Shown: positions 16,471 through 27,505, counted from the first letter of the stretch. The stretch: DNA of 64,000 bases from an uncultured Verrucomicrobiae bacterium (GCA_963813025.1 CAWEXO010000005.1:128001-192000); one strand, 5' to 3'. Numbers and translations are program-made. Notes: generated by a model from the sequence alone, not told the origin.

Positions 16471-18984
16471 CTATTTTCGGCGTTTGTACTCTTGCACTGA
16501 ATAGAGCGCCACTGCGATCAGCAAAAGAAGACCTGTCCAGATATACTGGTAATAGGCAGAGACATGGAGCTGGTTCAGAGCGTTTTGCAAGAGCACCAGA
16601 AAGACCGCCCCGAGAAGCGTTCCCACCATCGTGCCGCGACCGCCAAAAACGCTGGTACCCCCGACTACAACCGCAGTGATCGAAGTAAGTGTAAACTGAC
16701 TACCCGCTTGCGCGTCGCCGCTACCGATCCGTGCTGCGATCACCAAACCGGCCAGCGCCGCCATTGCCCCGCAAAAAAGGTAGGCGAGACAACGAACCTG
16801 ATTGACCAGGATCCCGCAGACGTAAGCGGCCTCTCGGTTCGATCCCGTTGCGTAGAGTCTCGATCCGATCCGACCCTTGACCAGCAATACTTCGCCGACT
16901 GTTGTGATCAGAAGAACGACTAAACTGGCTACCGGCACCCAACCTATCCGAAGGGTGATCAAATCAGAAAACCGATCGCTTACATGCCCGCCGGGGCTGG
17001 GTCGCACGATCAATGCGAAACCGAACGCTAATGAATAGGTTGCCAGCGTACTGATCAGGTCGGGGATGCCGCACAACAAAATCAAAACGCAATTCAGGGC
17101 GGCTATGGCTAAGGCGACCAATAAGCAAGTAACTACGCCAAAAATTTCGCTCCCGTTATTCAGAATGAGGTAGGAGGCGATGGCCGTAATCAGACTGATC
17201 GAGGGCCCAACCGAAAGATCAATACCCCCAAGCACGATCACTGCCATTTGGCCGATAGCAACGAGGGCAAGCGGAACAATTTGGATCAGCAAATTGCCAA
17301 GATTTCTTTCCGTCAGAAAATACGGTGAACGGCTGGTCGTGTAGAGACTCACCGCCAAGATCATAGCCGAAAGGAACAACACGCCCGAGTAGCGACGCCA
17401 GAGGACTTCCGCAAGGCCGACCCGGTGCCCGACTTTTTGGTCAGGGGCCAAGATGTCGCCGCCGTTTTCCACACGGCCAGAGTCCCGCCTTGTTCTGACC
17501 GCGCTTCCAATAATTCTTTCTTCAGTTGCTTCCGCCGCCGGGATCTCGTCGACGATCGCCCCGTTGGCAACGACAAGAATGCGGTCGCTGAGGCCGATCA
17601 GCTCCAAAAGATCGGAGGTTAGCAAAATTACTGCGGCACCTTCAGTCGCCAATCGGCGAATGACGCGATAAAGCTCTAGCTTGGTCGCGACATCAACCCC
17701 TAAGGTTGGCTCGTCTAAAAGGTAAATTCTGGGTTTCGCCAACACCCAGCGACCCATTGCCACCTTTTGCTGGTTGCCGCCACTTAGCAGCGCGATCGGT
17801 TGCTCAGACGACGGAGTTTTCACCCGAAAACGATCAATTGTCTGAAGGACCGCCCTGGTTTCCTGAGCACGGTTGAGAACACCAAATGTGCTCCAGGCCG
17901 ACAGATGAGGATTACCAATATTATCACGAACGGAGAGCGGCGGAAAAAGGCCTTCTCCGCGACGGTCCGCTGGTGCGTAAACCAAGCCCGCGTGGATCGC
18001 GTTACGCGGGGAACGTAACAAAATATTTGTCCCGTCAACCTGTGTTTCGCCGCGCGTGGGCACCAACCCAAAAAGGGAGCGCACGATTTCGCGTTGGCCG
18101 TTTCCCTGAATCCCCCCCAGGCCAACGATCTCACCTGCCGCTGCCGTGAACGAAATATTCTGAAAATAGCCAGAGCTGGATAGGCGATTGACTCTGAGCC
18201 GCGTCAGGCCGGTTCCGGCTGATTTTGGAGGAAAAGCGAGTGCAAGTTGTCGACCCACCATTTTGCTCACCAGATCATCTTCACTTATCCGATCGTTCCC
18301 GACCGTGGAAACAACCTCGCCATCTTTCAGCACGGTAATTCGATCGGCGAAGGCCAACACTTCCCGCAGACGGTGAGAAATATAAATGATTCCTATTCCC
18401 CTCGTGCGCAGGTTGCGCAAAATGCGCTGCAATCGATCGACCTCGGCAGGATCCAGAGCAGAAGTGGGTTCATCGAGGATCAGGACTGCCGGGTCAGCGG
18501 CGACAGCCCGAGCGATTTCGACGAATTGGCGCTCTACGGTGCTCAGTTCGCAAACAAGCCGCCTGCAATCCAGCTCAATCCCGAGCCGATTCAGAATGGC
18601 TTTGCTGCGCTGTTCGATCTCTCGGCGATTGACGAGCAGGATTGGACCTGGCTCTCGTCCAAGAAGAATATTTTGGGCGACGTCCAGATCTCCAACCAGC
18701 CGGGTGTCCTGGTATACCATGGCGATTCCCAGATCATGGGCACGCCGCGGAGAGGTGAAACTTACTGTCTCACCTTTTACGCGGATCGTGCCAGAATCCG
18801 GCGGTAAAACGCCCGCCAGTATTCGCATCAAGGTGGTTTTACCAGCTCCGTTCTCTCCCACCAGCCCGTGTATTTCGCCGGCTCGACAAGAAAAAGAAAC
18901 GCGCCGTAACGCCTGAACTCCGGGGAATGATCGCTCAACGGCGTCGACCTCCAGAACCGGCGGCTCGCCCGAGGGCGCGATCAT
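16471..18984 (-). CDS. Fused sugar ABC ATPase (two NBDs) plus permease
   Basis: GENGAGKT, LSGGNQQK, then a C-terminal RbsC-like domain (GGIDLSVG, VVGGTSVFGGRG). Confidence 0.9.
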   Translation of the reverse strand: MIAPSGEPPVLEVDAVERSFPGVQALRRVSFSCRAGEIHGLVGENGAGKTTLMRILAGVLPPDSGTIRVKGETVSFTSPRRAHDLGIAMVYQDTRLVGDLDVAQNILLGREPGPILLVNRREIEQRSKAILNRLGIELDCRRLVCELSTVERQFVEIARAVAADPAVLILDEPTSALDPAEVDRLQRILRNLRTRGIGIIYISHRLREVLAFADRITVLKDGEVVSTVGNDRISEDDLVSKMVGRQLALAFPPKSAGTGLTRLRVNRLSSSGYFQNISFTAAAGEIVGLGGIQGNGQREIVRSLFGLVPTRGETQVDGTNILLRSPRNAIHAGLVYAPADRRGEGLFPPLSVRDNIGNPHLSAWSTFGVLNRAQETRAVLQTIDRFRVKTPSSEQPIALLSGGNQQKVAMGRWVLAKPRIYLLDEPTLGVDVATKLELYRVIRRLATEGAAVILLTSDLLELIGLSDRILVVANGAIVDEIPAAEATEERIIGSAVRTRRDSGRVENGGDILAPDQKVGHRVGLAEVLWRRYSGVLFLSAMILAVSLYTTSRSPYFLTERNLGNLLIQIVPLALVAIGQMAVIVLGGIDLSVGPSISLITAIASYLILNNGSEIFGVVTCLLVALAIAALNCVLILLCGIPDLISTLATYSLAFGFALIVRPSPGGHVSDRFSDLITLRIGWVPVASLVVLLITTVGEVLLVKGRIGSRLYATGSNREAAYVCGILVNQVRCLAYLFCGAMAALAGLVIAARIGSGDAQAGSQFTLTSITAVVVGGTSVFGGRGTMVGTLLGAVFLVLLQNALNQLHVSAYYQYIWTGLLLLIAVALYSVQEYKRRK

Positions 18985-20090
18985 GTCTTGAACAAAGATT
19001 TCAGCTCATCATTCGAGAGGTCAGTATCAACGAAAACTCCATCAGGTAAATCGAGTCGAACAAAGTTCTTATAGTTCTCGGATGTGATTAATTCAGGCTC
19101 GATCGTCTGTCGCTTTGGCACTTCCTCTCCGGCCAGCAACTTAAGCGCTGTACGTAAGGCAATGACGCTCTCCCACGTCGGTTCGGACAAAAGCCCGATC
19201 TTGAATTTAGGCTGGTTAGCAGCCTCTTGAGCATAGAGTTTCAGCAGCCCGTTGTAGTCGTCGCCGGTAACCGGAATTAATGGACGTTTGGCGGCAAGCA
19301 ACGCTTTCATTGCGCCAGCGCCATCTTGAGAGCCGTCGCACCAGACTCCGTCAATCTCGGGGTAAGCTGCAGTGAGATCGGCCATCACGACCTTCGCTCG
19401 ATCTTCCTCCCAGTAGGCGTCCCGGAAAGCTAGAACCTGGATCTGGCTTCCCGCCATCGCCTTTTGAGCGCCCGTCCATGCCGCTGCGGTGTAGGAGTTG
19501 CCCGGAAGTCCTCCCAAAGCCACAATTTTCGCGGAATTTCCAACTGCGTCCCGCAACCATTGGCCAAGCGCATGCCCTTTCTTTTCTGGATCAGTGCCAA
19601 TAAATGCCGTCCAGTCCTCTCCATCGACCGGTAGATTGAATGGTATCGTCACGATCCCCTGTTTCGTCGCCTCGCGGAGAGCAGGAGCAACCGCCGATCC
19701 GGAATTCGGGATGCAGAGAATAGCATCAACATTTTGCGAGACCAGATTCTCAATATCGTTGACTTGCTTGGTGATATCGCCCTGGCCGTCGACCACTATA
19801 AAATCGCTCAGCTCCTTGTGTTGACTCGCTTCCTTCTTGACCGAGTAGAGGCATTCAGTTCTCCAGGTGTTCCCTGAAAAGCCGTTACTGAATCCGATGC
19901 GCACGGTGCCTTGCTTCTTGAACTTCGCACCATTCACCGTGCCACCGCTGGAGACGATTTTGGCCTTGCTGGTCGCCTCATCCGCGAATGTGGGTAAAGC
20001 ACGGGACAGAGCAGTGAAGCCGAGCGCCGCTGCGCCGATCTTCACCGCTTGTCGCCGTGAATAATGAGGGGGAACGTAGTTGTTACTCAT
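18981..20090 (-). CDS. Sugar ABC (CUT2) substrate-binding protein with Tat-like signal
   Basis: SRRQAVK twin-arginine motif; periplasmic binding protein pattern. Confidence 0.85.
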   Translation of the reverse strand: MSNNYVPPHYSRRQAVKIGAAALGFTALSRALPTFADEATSKAKIVSSGGTVNGAKFKKQGTVRIGFSNGFSGNTWRTECLYSVKKEASQHKELSDFIVVDGQGDITKQVNDIENLVSQNVDAILCIPNSGSAVAPALREATKQGIVTIPFNLPVDGEDWTAFIGTDPEKKGHALGQWLRDAVGNSAKIVALGGLPGNSYTAAAWTGAQKAMAGSQIQVLAFRDAYWEEDRAKVVMADLTAAYPEIDGVWCDGSQDGAGAMKALLAAKRPLIPVTGDDYNGLLKLYAQEAANQPKFKIGLLSEPTWESVIALRTALKLLAGEEVPKRQTIEPELITSENYKNFVRLDLPDGVFVDTDLSNDELKSLFKT

Positions 20091-20356
20091 AAGTTGGCGG
20101 ATATCAATCGAACACAGATTTCGCAGTTTAACACGATTTAAAAAGACTTAAGAAATAAACGCCGGCTTAGCTAACGCGGAACTTGTCACACCGCAGAGCC
20201 GCGAAACGGACATCAACGCGTAAGGCCTCGCCCCCCTCCGGGAGGGACGCACAGGACCATTCGCTCTCCCCAGGAGGAGGACGACGATAAGCATGAGAAC
20301 CGACGTTTTTTGGAAGCTTCATTCTTAGTGAAATCCGTGGGTAACAATGGCGCTAG

Positions 20357-20642
20357 TGCACCGTCATATAATGGTGCCATCGCCGCAGGTCAGTTGGCTG
20401 TTTTTCTAGGCGCGAGCGAAGCGCCCATATCTGAATCCATACGGGTCGAGCGAGCAACGCCGAAAAACAGCCAACTGGCCGCGGCCCAAAGGGTTGCGTT
20501 GAAAATGGGCCGGCGGCGGCGTTGCTCCTCGGTTACGTATCGATGCAGATATGCGCCCTCCTACTGCCAGTCCGGCTCGGACCGCCTTGCCGGCGGTCCA
20601 ATTTGAACGCAACGATGGCACCATGATATGAGAGACGGTGCA
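20357..20642. mobile_element. MITE with TIRs flanked by CTAG
   Basis: CTAG-TGCACCGTCATATAATGGTGCCATCG ... CGATGGCACCATGATATGAGAGACGGTGCA-CTAG; no credible ORF. Confidence 0.8.
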
Positions 20643-21605
20643 CTAGGATACAACGGCTTTCGTGCTGCTCAGGCCGATCCAACGATAGAGCAAAACACTC
20701 ATGGCGATGACGGCGCCTTGGAGGACAAACTGCGTTCCGGTCGAAACATGAACGATATTGGTAAAGCTGGTCAGCTCAGTGATAAATAACGTTCCGCCAA
20801 TTGTTCCCGTCACCGATCCGATCCCTCCAGTCAGGGCGGTGCCACCCACTACGGTCGCCGCAATGGAAGTCAAAAGAAATTGGTCGCCGATGCCCAGGCT
20901 GGGAGAACCGATATAGGAAGTAAGCAGCAAGCCGCCAAACGCCGCCAGGATACTGCTCAGGATATAGGCAACTATTACAACCCGAAAAACCGGGATCCCG
21001 ACGAGTCGAGCGGCCACCTGGTTCGCGCCCACCGCATAGAGCTGACGCCCGAACATAGTGGCTCGCATGGTCCAGGCGATCAGTAAAGCAACAGCCAACC
21101 AGCAGATTGTGCTGATCGGAAATCCGAACAGGCGCCCTTGCCCAAAGACGGCGAAACTCGGAGAAATGGAGCCATGCGGAGCCCCCTGCGTGTAAACCAG
21201 AGCCACGCCAAAAAGAATCGAGTTCATTCCAAGAGTGGCCACCAATGGTGTTACCCCCAGCCAGGTAATAAGCAGGCCATTGAGTGATCCGACAAGCGCG
21301 GCAATCAATAAACAGACCCCGAGAGCGGGTAAAAGTCCGGTCCCCTGCCCTCCCATAATGCTCGTCGAGACGATGTTGGCCATGGTGACCACCCCTGCTA
21401 CCGAGAGATCGATTCCGCCGACTAATAAAGCGAGCGTCTGACCTGTCGCGATGATCCCGAGAAAAGCGGAAACCTGGAGAATATTTAAAAGCTGCTGGAT
21501 CTGGAGCATGCCGGGTGAAATCAACCCCGAGGTGAGGTAGAGTATGGCGGCAATAAACCAGACCGGACCAACGCGAAAGGCTCTTCTACCAATCCAGGAT
21601 CGCAT
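20643..21605 (-). CDS. Sugar ABC transporter permease (RbsC-like)
   Basis: GGIDLSVAG, VVGGTALTGGIG. Confidence 0.9.
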   Translation of the reverse strand: MRSWIGRRAFRVGPVWFIAAILYLTSGLISPGMLQIQQLLNILQVSAFLGIIATGQTLALLVGGIDLSVAGVVTMANIVSTSIMGGQGTGLLPALGVCLLIAALVGSLNGLLITWLGVTPLVATLGMNSILFGVALVYTQGAPHGSISPSFAVFGQGRLFGFPISTICWLAVALLIAWTMRATMFGRQLYAVGANQVAARLVGIPVFRVVIVAYILSSILAAFGGLLLTSYIGSPSLGIGDQFLLTSIAATVVGGTALTGGIGSVTGTIGGTLFITELTSFTNIVHVSTGTQFVLQGAVIAMSVLLYRWIGLSSTKAVVS

Positions 21606-22755
21606 TGTCCGGAGCGCGAATACTAAGTGGATGGATCACCTCCTGTTTGAAAGGATGTTTTTTGGCGCGTTCCTCATCGACCTCGATTCCGAGTCCCGGG
21701 GCGGTACTCGGCAACCAATAGCCGTTCTCTGTTCTCAACGAACTGTTCACGACCTCCCAGCGCCAGGGGACGTCCGTCAACATATCTTCCTGGATCAAAA
21801 AGTTTGGCGTCGAAAGCGCAAAATGCAGTGCGACTGCATTGGCGATCGGGCCGAGCGGATTATGCGGCGCAACGCCCATCTGGTAAGTCTCGGCCATTGC
21901 CGCAATTTTTTTGGCTTCAAAGAGACCGCCGCAATGACAAAGGTCGGGTTGAATCACGTGACACGCGCGCTGCTCGAAGATCGGCCTGAACTGATGGCGA
22001 GCGACTAAACGCTCGCCGCTTGCAATCGGCACCTGGACACTTTCTCGGACCTCTCGCAAAGCTTCGACGTTCTCGGGCGGAACTGGCTCTTCGCAGAAAT
22101 ATGGTCGAAATTCCGCAACCGCGTTGATGTACTGGATCGCCATGGCCGGGTAGGTGCGCCCATGAAAGTCGATCATGATGTCGACCGCGTCGCCGACGCT
22201 GTTCCGCAGTCTTTCCATGAGCCTGGCAAACTGTTTGATCTTGCCGATCCCTTCCAGAGACTCCGAGTACGGCACGAAAACCACTTTGAGAGCAGTGTAA
22301 CCTCGATCAATCACTTTGTGCGCGAGATCAATCAGCGGCTCAACATCGAAGGTTTCGTAGACGGAGGCCATATCGCCGCCGCCCAAATGGGTATACATCC
22401 GAACTCTGTCGCGCACTCGACCCCCCAGTAATTCGAAAACCGGTACTCCCAACCTTTTGCCATTGATGTCCCATAATGCTTGTTCAATAGCCGAAATCGC
22501 GCTCATTCCGATCACCCCGAGACGCCAAAAAGACTGCCGATAGAGTTTCTGAAAGATGTGTTCGAGCCGGCAAGGGTCTTCACCAATCACCATCGGGCTG
22601 AAATCCTCGATTGCGCCCACGATTGACCGAGTTTTCCATTCCAACGAGCCTTCGCCCCATCCGAAAAGGCCGGCTTGGTCAGTCTCGGCTTTGCAGAAAA
22701 CCCAGTTCCGCATTTCCGCGTTAACGACTACAGTTTTTAGATTGGTAATTTTCAC
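21586..22755 (-). CDS. dgoD: Galactonate dehydratase-like enolase superfamily enzyme
   Basis: IDFHGR, EEP, SGERL, QPDLCHCGG, APHNPLGP. Confidence 0.8.
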   Translation of the reverse strand: MKITNLKTVVVNAEMRNWVFCKAETDQAGLFGWGEGSLEWKTRSIVGAIEDFSPMVIGEDPCRLEHIFQKLYRQSFWRLGVIGMSAISAIEQALWDINGKRLGVPVFELLGGRVRDRVRMYTHLGGGDMASVYETFDVEPLIDLAHKVIDRGYTALKVVFVPYSESLEGIGKIKQFARLMERLRNSVGDAVDIMIDFHGRTYPAMAIQYINAVAEFRPYFCEEPVPPENVEALREVRESVQVPIASGERLVARHQFRPIFEQRACHVIQPDLCHCGGLFEAKKIAAMAETYQMGVAPHNPLGPIANAVALHFALSTPNFLIQEDMLTDVPWRWEVVNSSLRTENGYWLPSTAPGLGIEVDEERAKKHPFKQEVIHPLSIRAPDNAILDW

Positions 22756-22836
22756 AGATTCGCGGAGAATCGTTCACGTTTCGCACCGGCAGGAAGCGAG
22801 CCAAGAAGCCCTTCCGCACACGATAAAAAACGACCT

Positions 22837-23724
22837 TCATTGTAATCCCAGGTGTCCGGCCATCGCATACGCCAGTTCGAGGTGCACAGACTCAGGCCAG
22901 TTGCCCAGCTGCGGCCCGAGCTGCAGACAAGCCGTGCGCAAATCTTTTAGCCCGGAATTTCTTAACAGCAGCTCCGCCCGCTCGACAAAAGCCCGCGTTT
23001 CCTGACAGAACTCGGCGATTTCCGGTCCTCTTTTTATTGGCCAATGGCAGCTCACGTAATAGTCGAGATCAAGCTGCTCGATCAATTGACAGGTCTGCAG
23101 GTAAGTCTCCGGATAAAGATAGGTCGGACAGAGCGCCGGCTGACCCGTCGTGCTGAGGTACACCGCGCCTTGAATCGCGTCGCCCCCGAATAGTGCCCGA
23201 TTCCGGTGATCCCAAATTCCGAGGTGCCCTTTGCTATGGCCGGGAAGATGAAGAATCTCCAAATCCCAATCCGCGTCCAAACGGATGTGTTCGCCGCCGC
23301 GAAAGGTTAAATCAACCGGCTGTGGATCTCCCAAATCAATCCGCATGTTCCGAGCAACTTCCTCCGGGTAGAAGACGCCGAATCGCCGGTAAGCGTCGTA
23401 GCGTGTTTTGAAGAGCTCTTCCGGCCGCTCAATGACGCACCGGTCGGACTGCCCACAGCAGAGCAAGGATCGGGGGGCCCAGCGCTTGATTCCGGCGTTC
23501 CCGCCGACGTGATCAGAATCACAATGGGTGTTGATGACAAATCGAAGATCGTCCGGTCCGAGCCCTAATTCGTGCAGACCAGGAAGAATCAGGGAATCGA
23601 CATGCTCCGCGCATCCCGTATCGAGAAGCAGGGTTCCAAAACCGCCGCGCAACAATGGCAGGTACAACGGTCGAATACCCACCCGACCTTCCAAAAGGTA
23701 AACGCTTTCAAAGAGCTCGTTCAT
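22837..23724 (-). CDS. MBL-fold metallo-hydrolase
   Basis: THCDSDHVGG, PGHSKGH, GDA, SCHW. Confidence 0.85.
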   Translation of the reverse strand: MNELFESVYLLEGRVGIRPLYLPLLRGGFGTLLLDTGCAEHVDSLILPGLHELGLGPDDLRFVINTHCDSDHVGGNAGIKRWAPRSLLCCGQSDRCVIERPEELFKTRYDAYRRFGVFYPEEVARNMRIDLGDPQPVDLTFRGGEHIRLDADWDLEILHLPGHSKGHLGIWDHRNRALFGGDAIQGAVYLSTTGQPALCPTYLYPETYLQTCQLIEQLDLDYYVSCHWPIKRGPEIAEFCQETRAFVERAELLLRNSGLKDLRTACLQLGPQLGNWPESVHLELAYAMAGHLGLQ

Positions 23725-23729
23725 GGTTT

Positions 23730-24521
23730 TCAGGAAGTCGGCTGCTGTCCCTGTACGGCGTAGCCGCCATCGCACCGGATATCGGTTGCGGTGATATTGG
23801 CGGATTCATCGCTGGCTAGAAAAACAAATACTGCCGCAACTTCCTCGATCGAACCTACTTTCCCACGAGGGTGAAGCCGATCGAAAGCGGCGCGAGCTCG
23901 CTTCGCGTCACTAGCGTGTTCGCTCAAGAAGCGGTGCAGCATGGGAGAATCGACCGTGCCCGGAGAAACTGTATTAACCCGGATATTATCTTTAGCGAGC
24001 TCGATTGCTTGTCCACGCGCCAACGCAATCAGACCTCCTTTGGTGGCGCCATAAACCGTAATCCCGGGATGCCCGTTATGGCCGGTAACGCTGGCCATAT
24101 GAATAATCGAACCACCTCCCGTTCGGCGCATCCACGGAATGACGAAACGCACAAAGAGAATCGGCGCCCGTAAATTGACCTGGAGGATTCGGTCGATTGT
24201 TTCTGCGTCAATAGCATCCGCTGCTTTCACCGGCATGACTGCTGCGTTGTTCACCAGGCAATGAATCGATCCGAATCGATCCCCGGCTTGCTCCACAAAT
24301 TTCTGGATCGCAGTTGGCTGACGCACATCAAAGGGTTGCGCAAAAACCTCGGTGCCGATCTGCTCAATTAGAGCGGCCGTTTCCTGAACGATCGCCGGCT
24401 GCACGTCGCAAATCGCCAGCTTTGCCCCGTGCTGAGCAAAGGCCAAAGCGATTCCTCTCCCGATGCCATCGCCAGCACCGGTGACAATTGCCACTTTCCC
24501 AGTTAATCGCTCACTATTCAC
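23730..24521 (-). CDS. SDR family oxidoreductase
   Basis: TGAGDGIG, NNA, YGATK. Confidence 0.92.
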   Translation of the reverse strand: MNSERLTGKVAIVTGAGDGIGRGIALAFAQHGAKLAICDVQPAIVQETAALIEQIGTEVFAQPFDVRQPTAIQKFVEQAGDRFGSIHCLVNNAAVMPVKAADAIDAETIDRILQVNLRAPILFVRFVIPWMRRTGGGSIIHMASVTGHNGHPGITVYGATKGGLIALARGQAIELAKDNIRVNTVSPGTVDSPMLHRFLSEHASDAKRARAAFDRLHPRGKVGSIEEVAAVFVFLASDESANITATDIRCDGGYAVQGQQPTS

Positions 24522-24550
24522 TGTATTATTTTCAGGTTAACCGGCAGGAT

Positions 24551-24917
24551 GGGTCTGTCGGACTTTGGAGCACGCGGTACGATTTTTGTAATTTGCTTCG
24601 CGACCTGACAAGATCGGTAGGGCGAAAATTCAATTGAGCGCCAGGCGAGAACTTGTTTGAGCCGTCTTGGGCGCGGCGAACCCCAACATCCGGCTCGAAC
24701 GAGTCCTCGCCGAAGGCTCGGATGAATTCTCGCCCTACCGACCGTGAAACAAGACCACTCCCTTGTGTGAAGGTTCTCGTGCTTCGGACACGTCCCGAGG
24801 TCAGGCCAACCCGGCGGCGTCTTGGAGTGCGCGCGACTTGTCGCCGCTTTCGGATCGCGCGGAGCGCGGCCAATGCAGATCTTCCGGATCTTCTCACGCC
24901 TAAAGTCCGACGGACCC
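24551..24917. mobile_element. MITE-like composite repeat with TIRs and an internal REP doublet
   Basis: GGGTCTGTCGGACTTT ... AAAGTCCGACGGACCC (15/16 inverted match); GTAGGGCGAAAAT...ATTCTCGCCCTAC inside. Confidence 0.8.
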
Positions 24918-24974
24918 TCCCGTCTGTGAGCGGATCTGTGCGGCCGATTTGATGGCGATCGCGGCGCACATTTG

Positions 24975-25994
24975 TCAGTCCAGTTTGCGTCTCCGCCGCC
25001 CAAAATTGTCAATGAGCACCGCGATCAAAAGGGTGGCTCCGATCACCAGGGTGTTCCAGTAAACGTCGACCCCGAGCAGGGTCAGAGCTCCCACGAGAAT
25101 TCCCATCAGCAACGATCCGAGAAAGGAACCCAGAACGGTTCCTTCTCCCCCTTTCAGACTGGCTCCGCCGATGATCACCGCGGAAATCACGTTCAGCTCT
25201 AGACCAGTTCCCGCGGTAACCGAAGCGGTGCCGAGGCGAGCAGTCATGATGATTCCCGCCAGCGCTGCCAAAACACCGGTCAACCCGTAGTTGAAGATTT
25301 TGAGACGGTCGACGCGAATGCCCGAGAAAAGCGCGGCGCGTTCGTTGCCGCCAAGGTAGTAATTCTGCCGAAAGAAGCGCGATTTACGAAGCAAGATGTC
25401 GCCGACCAGCACCAACAGCAGCGCTGTCCAGATCGGGTTTTGCACCTTGAAGAGATTACCTTGACCGATGACCCGAAAGGAGGCAGGCAGGCCCGAAATA
25501 TTTCGGCCTCTGGTTATCACCAGCAGAGCGCCTCGCAGGATGCTCATCATGGCTAAAGTGGTAACAAAGGGATTGATGCCGATCCTGGCGATAATTAATC
25601 CATTGACCACTCCCACGACGGCGCCCACTGCCAAACCGAGAAGCAGCCCGAGAAAAACCGGAAGTCCCGCAACGATCGACATTGCCGTGATGGCCCCGGC
25701 CAGGGCAAACGTAGAGCCCACTGATAAATCAAACCCGCCGCTCACCAGCAGGATGGTCATCCCGATCGCGACGATGCATTCTACTGAGACCTGCAGAAGC
25801 AAGGCCGACCAATTCCCAAATGTCATGAATATCGGAGACGCAAAGCTCATCGCTATGCAGCCGCCGATGATAATGGCCAGAATCATGAACTCCCGGAAAT
25901 CGGTCAGCCGTCCAATCAGTTCGCTTACCCTGGGTTTGGGACGATCTGCGGACGGTTTCTCGGGTTGAACCCCAGGCTCCAGATCCGCTTTCAT
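24975..25994 (-). CDS. Sugar ABC transporter permease
   Basis: GGFDLSVGS, IIGGASLKGGEG. Confidence 0.92.
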   Translation of the reverse strand: MKADLEPGVQPEKPSADRPKPRVSELIGRLTDFREFMILAIIIGGCIAMSFASPIFMTFGNWSALLLQVSVECIVAIGMTILLVSGGFDLSVGSTFALAGAITAMSIVAGLPVFLGLLLGLAVGAVVGVVNGLIIARIGINPFVTTLAMMSILRGALLVITRGRNISGLPASFRVIGQGNLFKVQNPIWTALLLVLVGDILLRKSRFFRQNYYLGGNERAALFSGIRVDRLKIFNYGLTGVLAALAGIIMTARLGTASVTAGTGLELNVISAVIIGGASLKGGEGTVLGSFLGSLLMGILVGALTLLGVDVYWNTLVIGATLLIAVLIDNFGRRRRKLD

Positions 25995-27505
25995 GCCGCC
26001 TTTCCCTGGATTGGAGTTGAGGCCAGCCCGGTCGCGGCAAGAATCAATCTTTCCTCGGTAGCTTGTTCGCGATCAAATTCAGCTACCGGACGACCCCCAC
26101 GCATTACCAATACGCGATCGCTCATTCCGAGAATCTCCTGCAGTTCAGAAGAAATCATCATGATCGCCACACCAGCGTCCGCTAACTCCCGCAGCAGACG
26201 ATAAATCTCTGACTTGGCTCCTACATCCACGCCGCGGGTTGGTTCATCGACAATCAGAACGCGGGGCTTGGCTCCGATCCACATGGCCAACAGAACCTTC
26301 TGCTGGTTACCGCCGGATAACTGGGAGACTGGTTTGCGAATGCTCGGCGTAGCAATATTAAAACGACGCTTTGCCGCGATAGCGGCTGCGGTAATTCTGC
26401 GATCGGAAAGAAAGCCAAACGCGGTCGCAAACGTGCGCAAAGTGGGAGCAACACAATTCTTCCGCATCGACATCGAAAGGTACAGACCAGATTCTTTCCG
26501 GTCTTCTGTCAGATAGATGATACCGCGTTGAATCGCTTCCGCAGGATGTCTGAAGCTAAATTCCTGCCCGTCCAGGACAACTCTAACGGCGGGATTTGGA
26601 GTGATGCCGACAATTTCTTGCGCAAGTTCTGATCGCCCGGCGCCGATTAATCCGGCGATACCCAAAATTTCACCCCGCCGCAGTTCGAGAGCGGCGTTTT
26701 GATCGTTCACCCGACGGAAGCGGAAACAGATCTCCCCGGGTACCTGCTTCCGCTGACCGTACATGTTCGTCAACTCCCGCCCAACCATCCGTTTGACCAA
26801 GCCCTCCTCGTTGACTTCCGAGGTTGTGTAGGTGCCGACACGTTTACCGTCACGCAAGATGGTGACTCGATCGGAAAGCTGAAAAATTTCGGAAAGATGA
26901 TGCGAGATATAGAGGAAGGTCACGCCGTCTGCCTTCATGCGCTGAATATTGGCAAAAAGCAGTTCCTTTTCGGCAGCGCCAAGCGACGAGGTTGGTTCAT
27001 CCAGGATGAGGATCTTCGGCTGCAGGGAGATCGCTTTCAGAACCTCAATCAGCTGACGATTTCCCATCGAGAGGTCTTTAATCAGACGAGTTGGTTTCAG
27101 CGTGAGCTCGAACAAACTTAACAGTTTGCTTGCTTGTGTATTGAGACGACCGGTGGCGACAAAACCGAGCGAGTTGACCGGTTGTCGATTAAAGAAAATG
27201 TTTTCGGCGACGCTCAGTCCCGGAACAAGGCTGAGTTCTTGGAAGACGACGGCTATGCCGCGTCGCCCAGCCTCAGCGGCATTTGCGAATTGGGCCGGTA
27301 TCCCTTCAAGCAAGATTTCACCGGCATCCAGCTGCAGAACTCCGCCGACAATGTTTATCAACGTGCTTTTGCCGGCGCCATTTTCTCCCACCAACGCATG
27401 CACCTCCCCCCGCCGCAGTTCCAGACTCACATTGTCAACGGCGCATACCCCAGGGAATGACTTGGTGATACCGCGCAGCTGCAGCACATGTTCGGTGCGT
27501 TTCAC
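25991..27505 (-). CDS. Sugar ABC transporter ATP-binding protein (RbsA-like)
   Basis: GENGAGKS, LSGGNQQK, DEPTRGVDVGAK. Confidence 0.93.
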   Translation of the reverse strand: MKRTEHVLQLRGITKSFPGVCAVDNVSLELRRGEVHALVGENGAGKSTLINIVGGVLQLDAGEILLEGIPAQFANAAEAGRRGIAVVFQELSLVPGLSVAENIFFNRQPVNSLGFVATGRLNTQASKLLSLFELTLKPTRLIKDLSMGNRQLIEVLKAISLQPKILILDEPTSSLGAAEKELLFANIQRMKADGVTFLYISHHLSEIFQLSDRVTILRDGKRVGTYTTSEVNEEGLVKRMVGRELTNMYGQRKQVPGEICFRFRRVNDQNAALELRRGEILGIAGLIGAGRSELAQEIVGITPNPAVRVVLDGQEFSFRHPAEAIQRGIIYLTEDRKESGLYLSMSMRKNCVAPTLRTFATAFGFLSDRRITAAAIAAKRRFNIATPSIRKPVSQLSGGNQQKVLLAMWIGAKPRVLIVDEPTRGVDVGAKSEIYRLLRELADAGVAIMMISSELQEILGMSDRVLVMRGGRPVAEFDREQATEERLILAATGLASTPIQGKAA

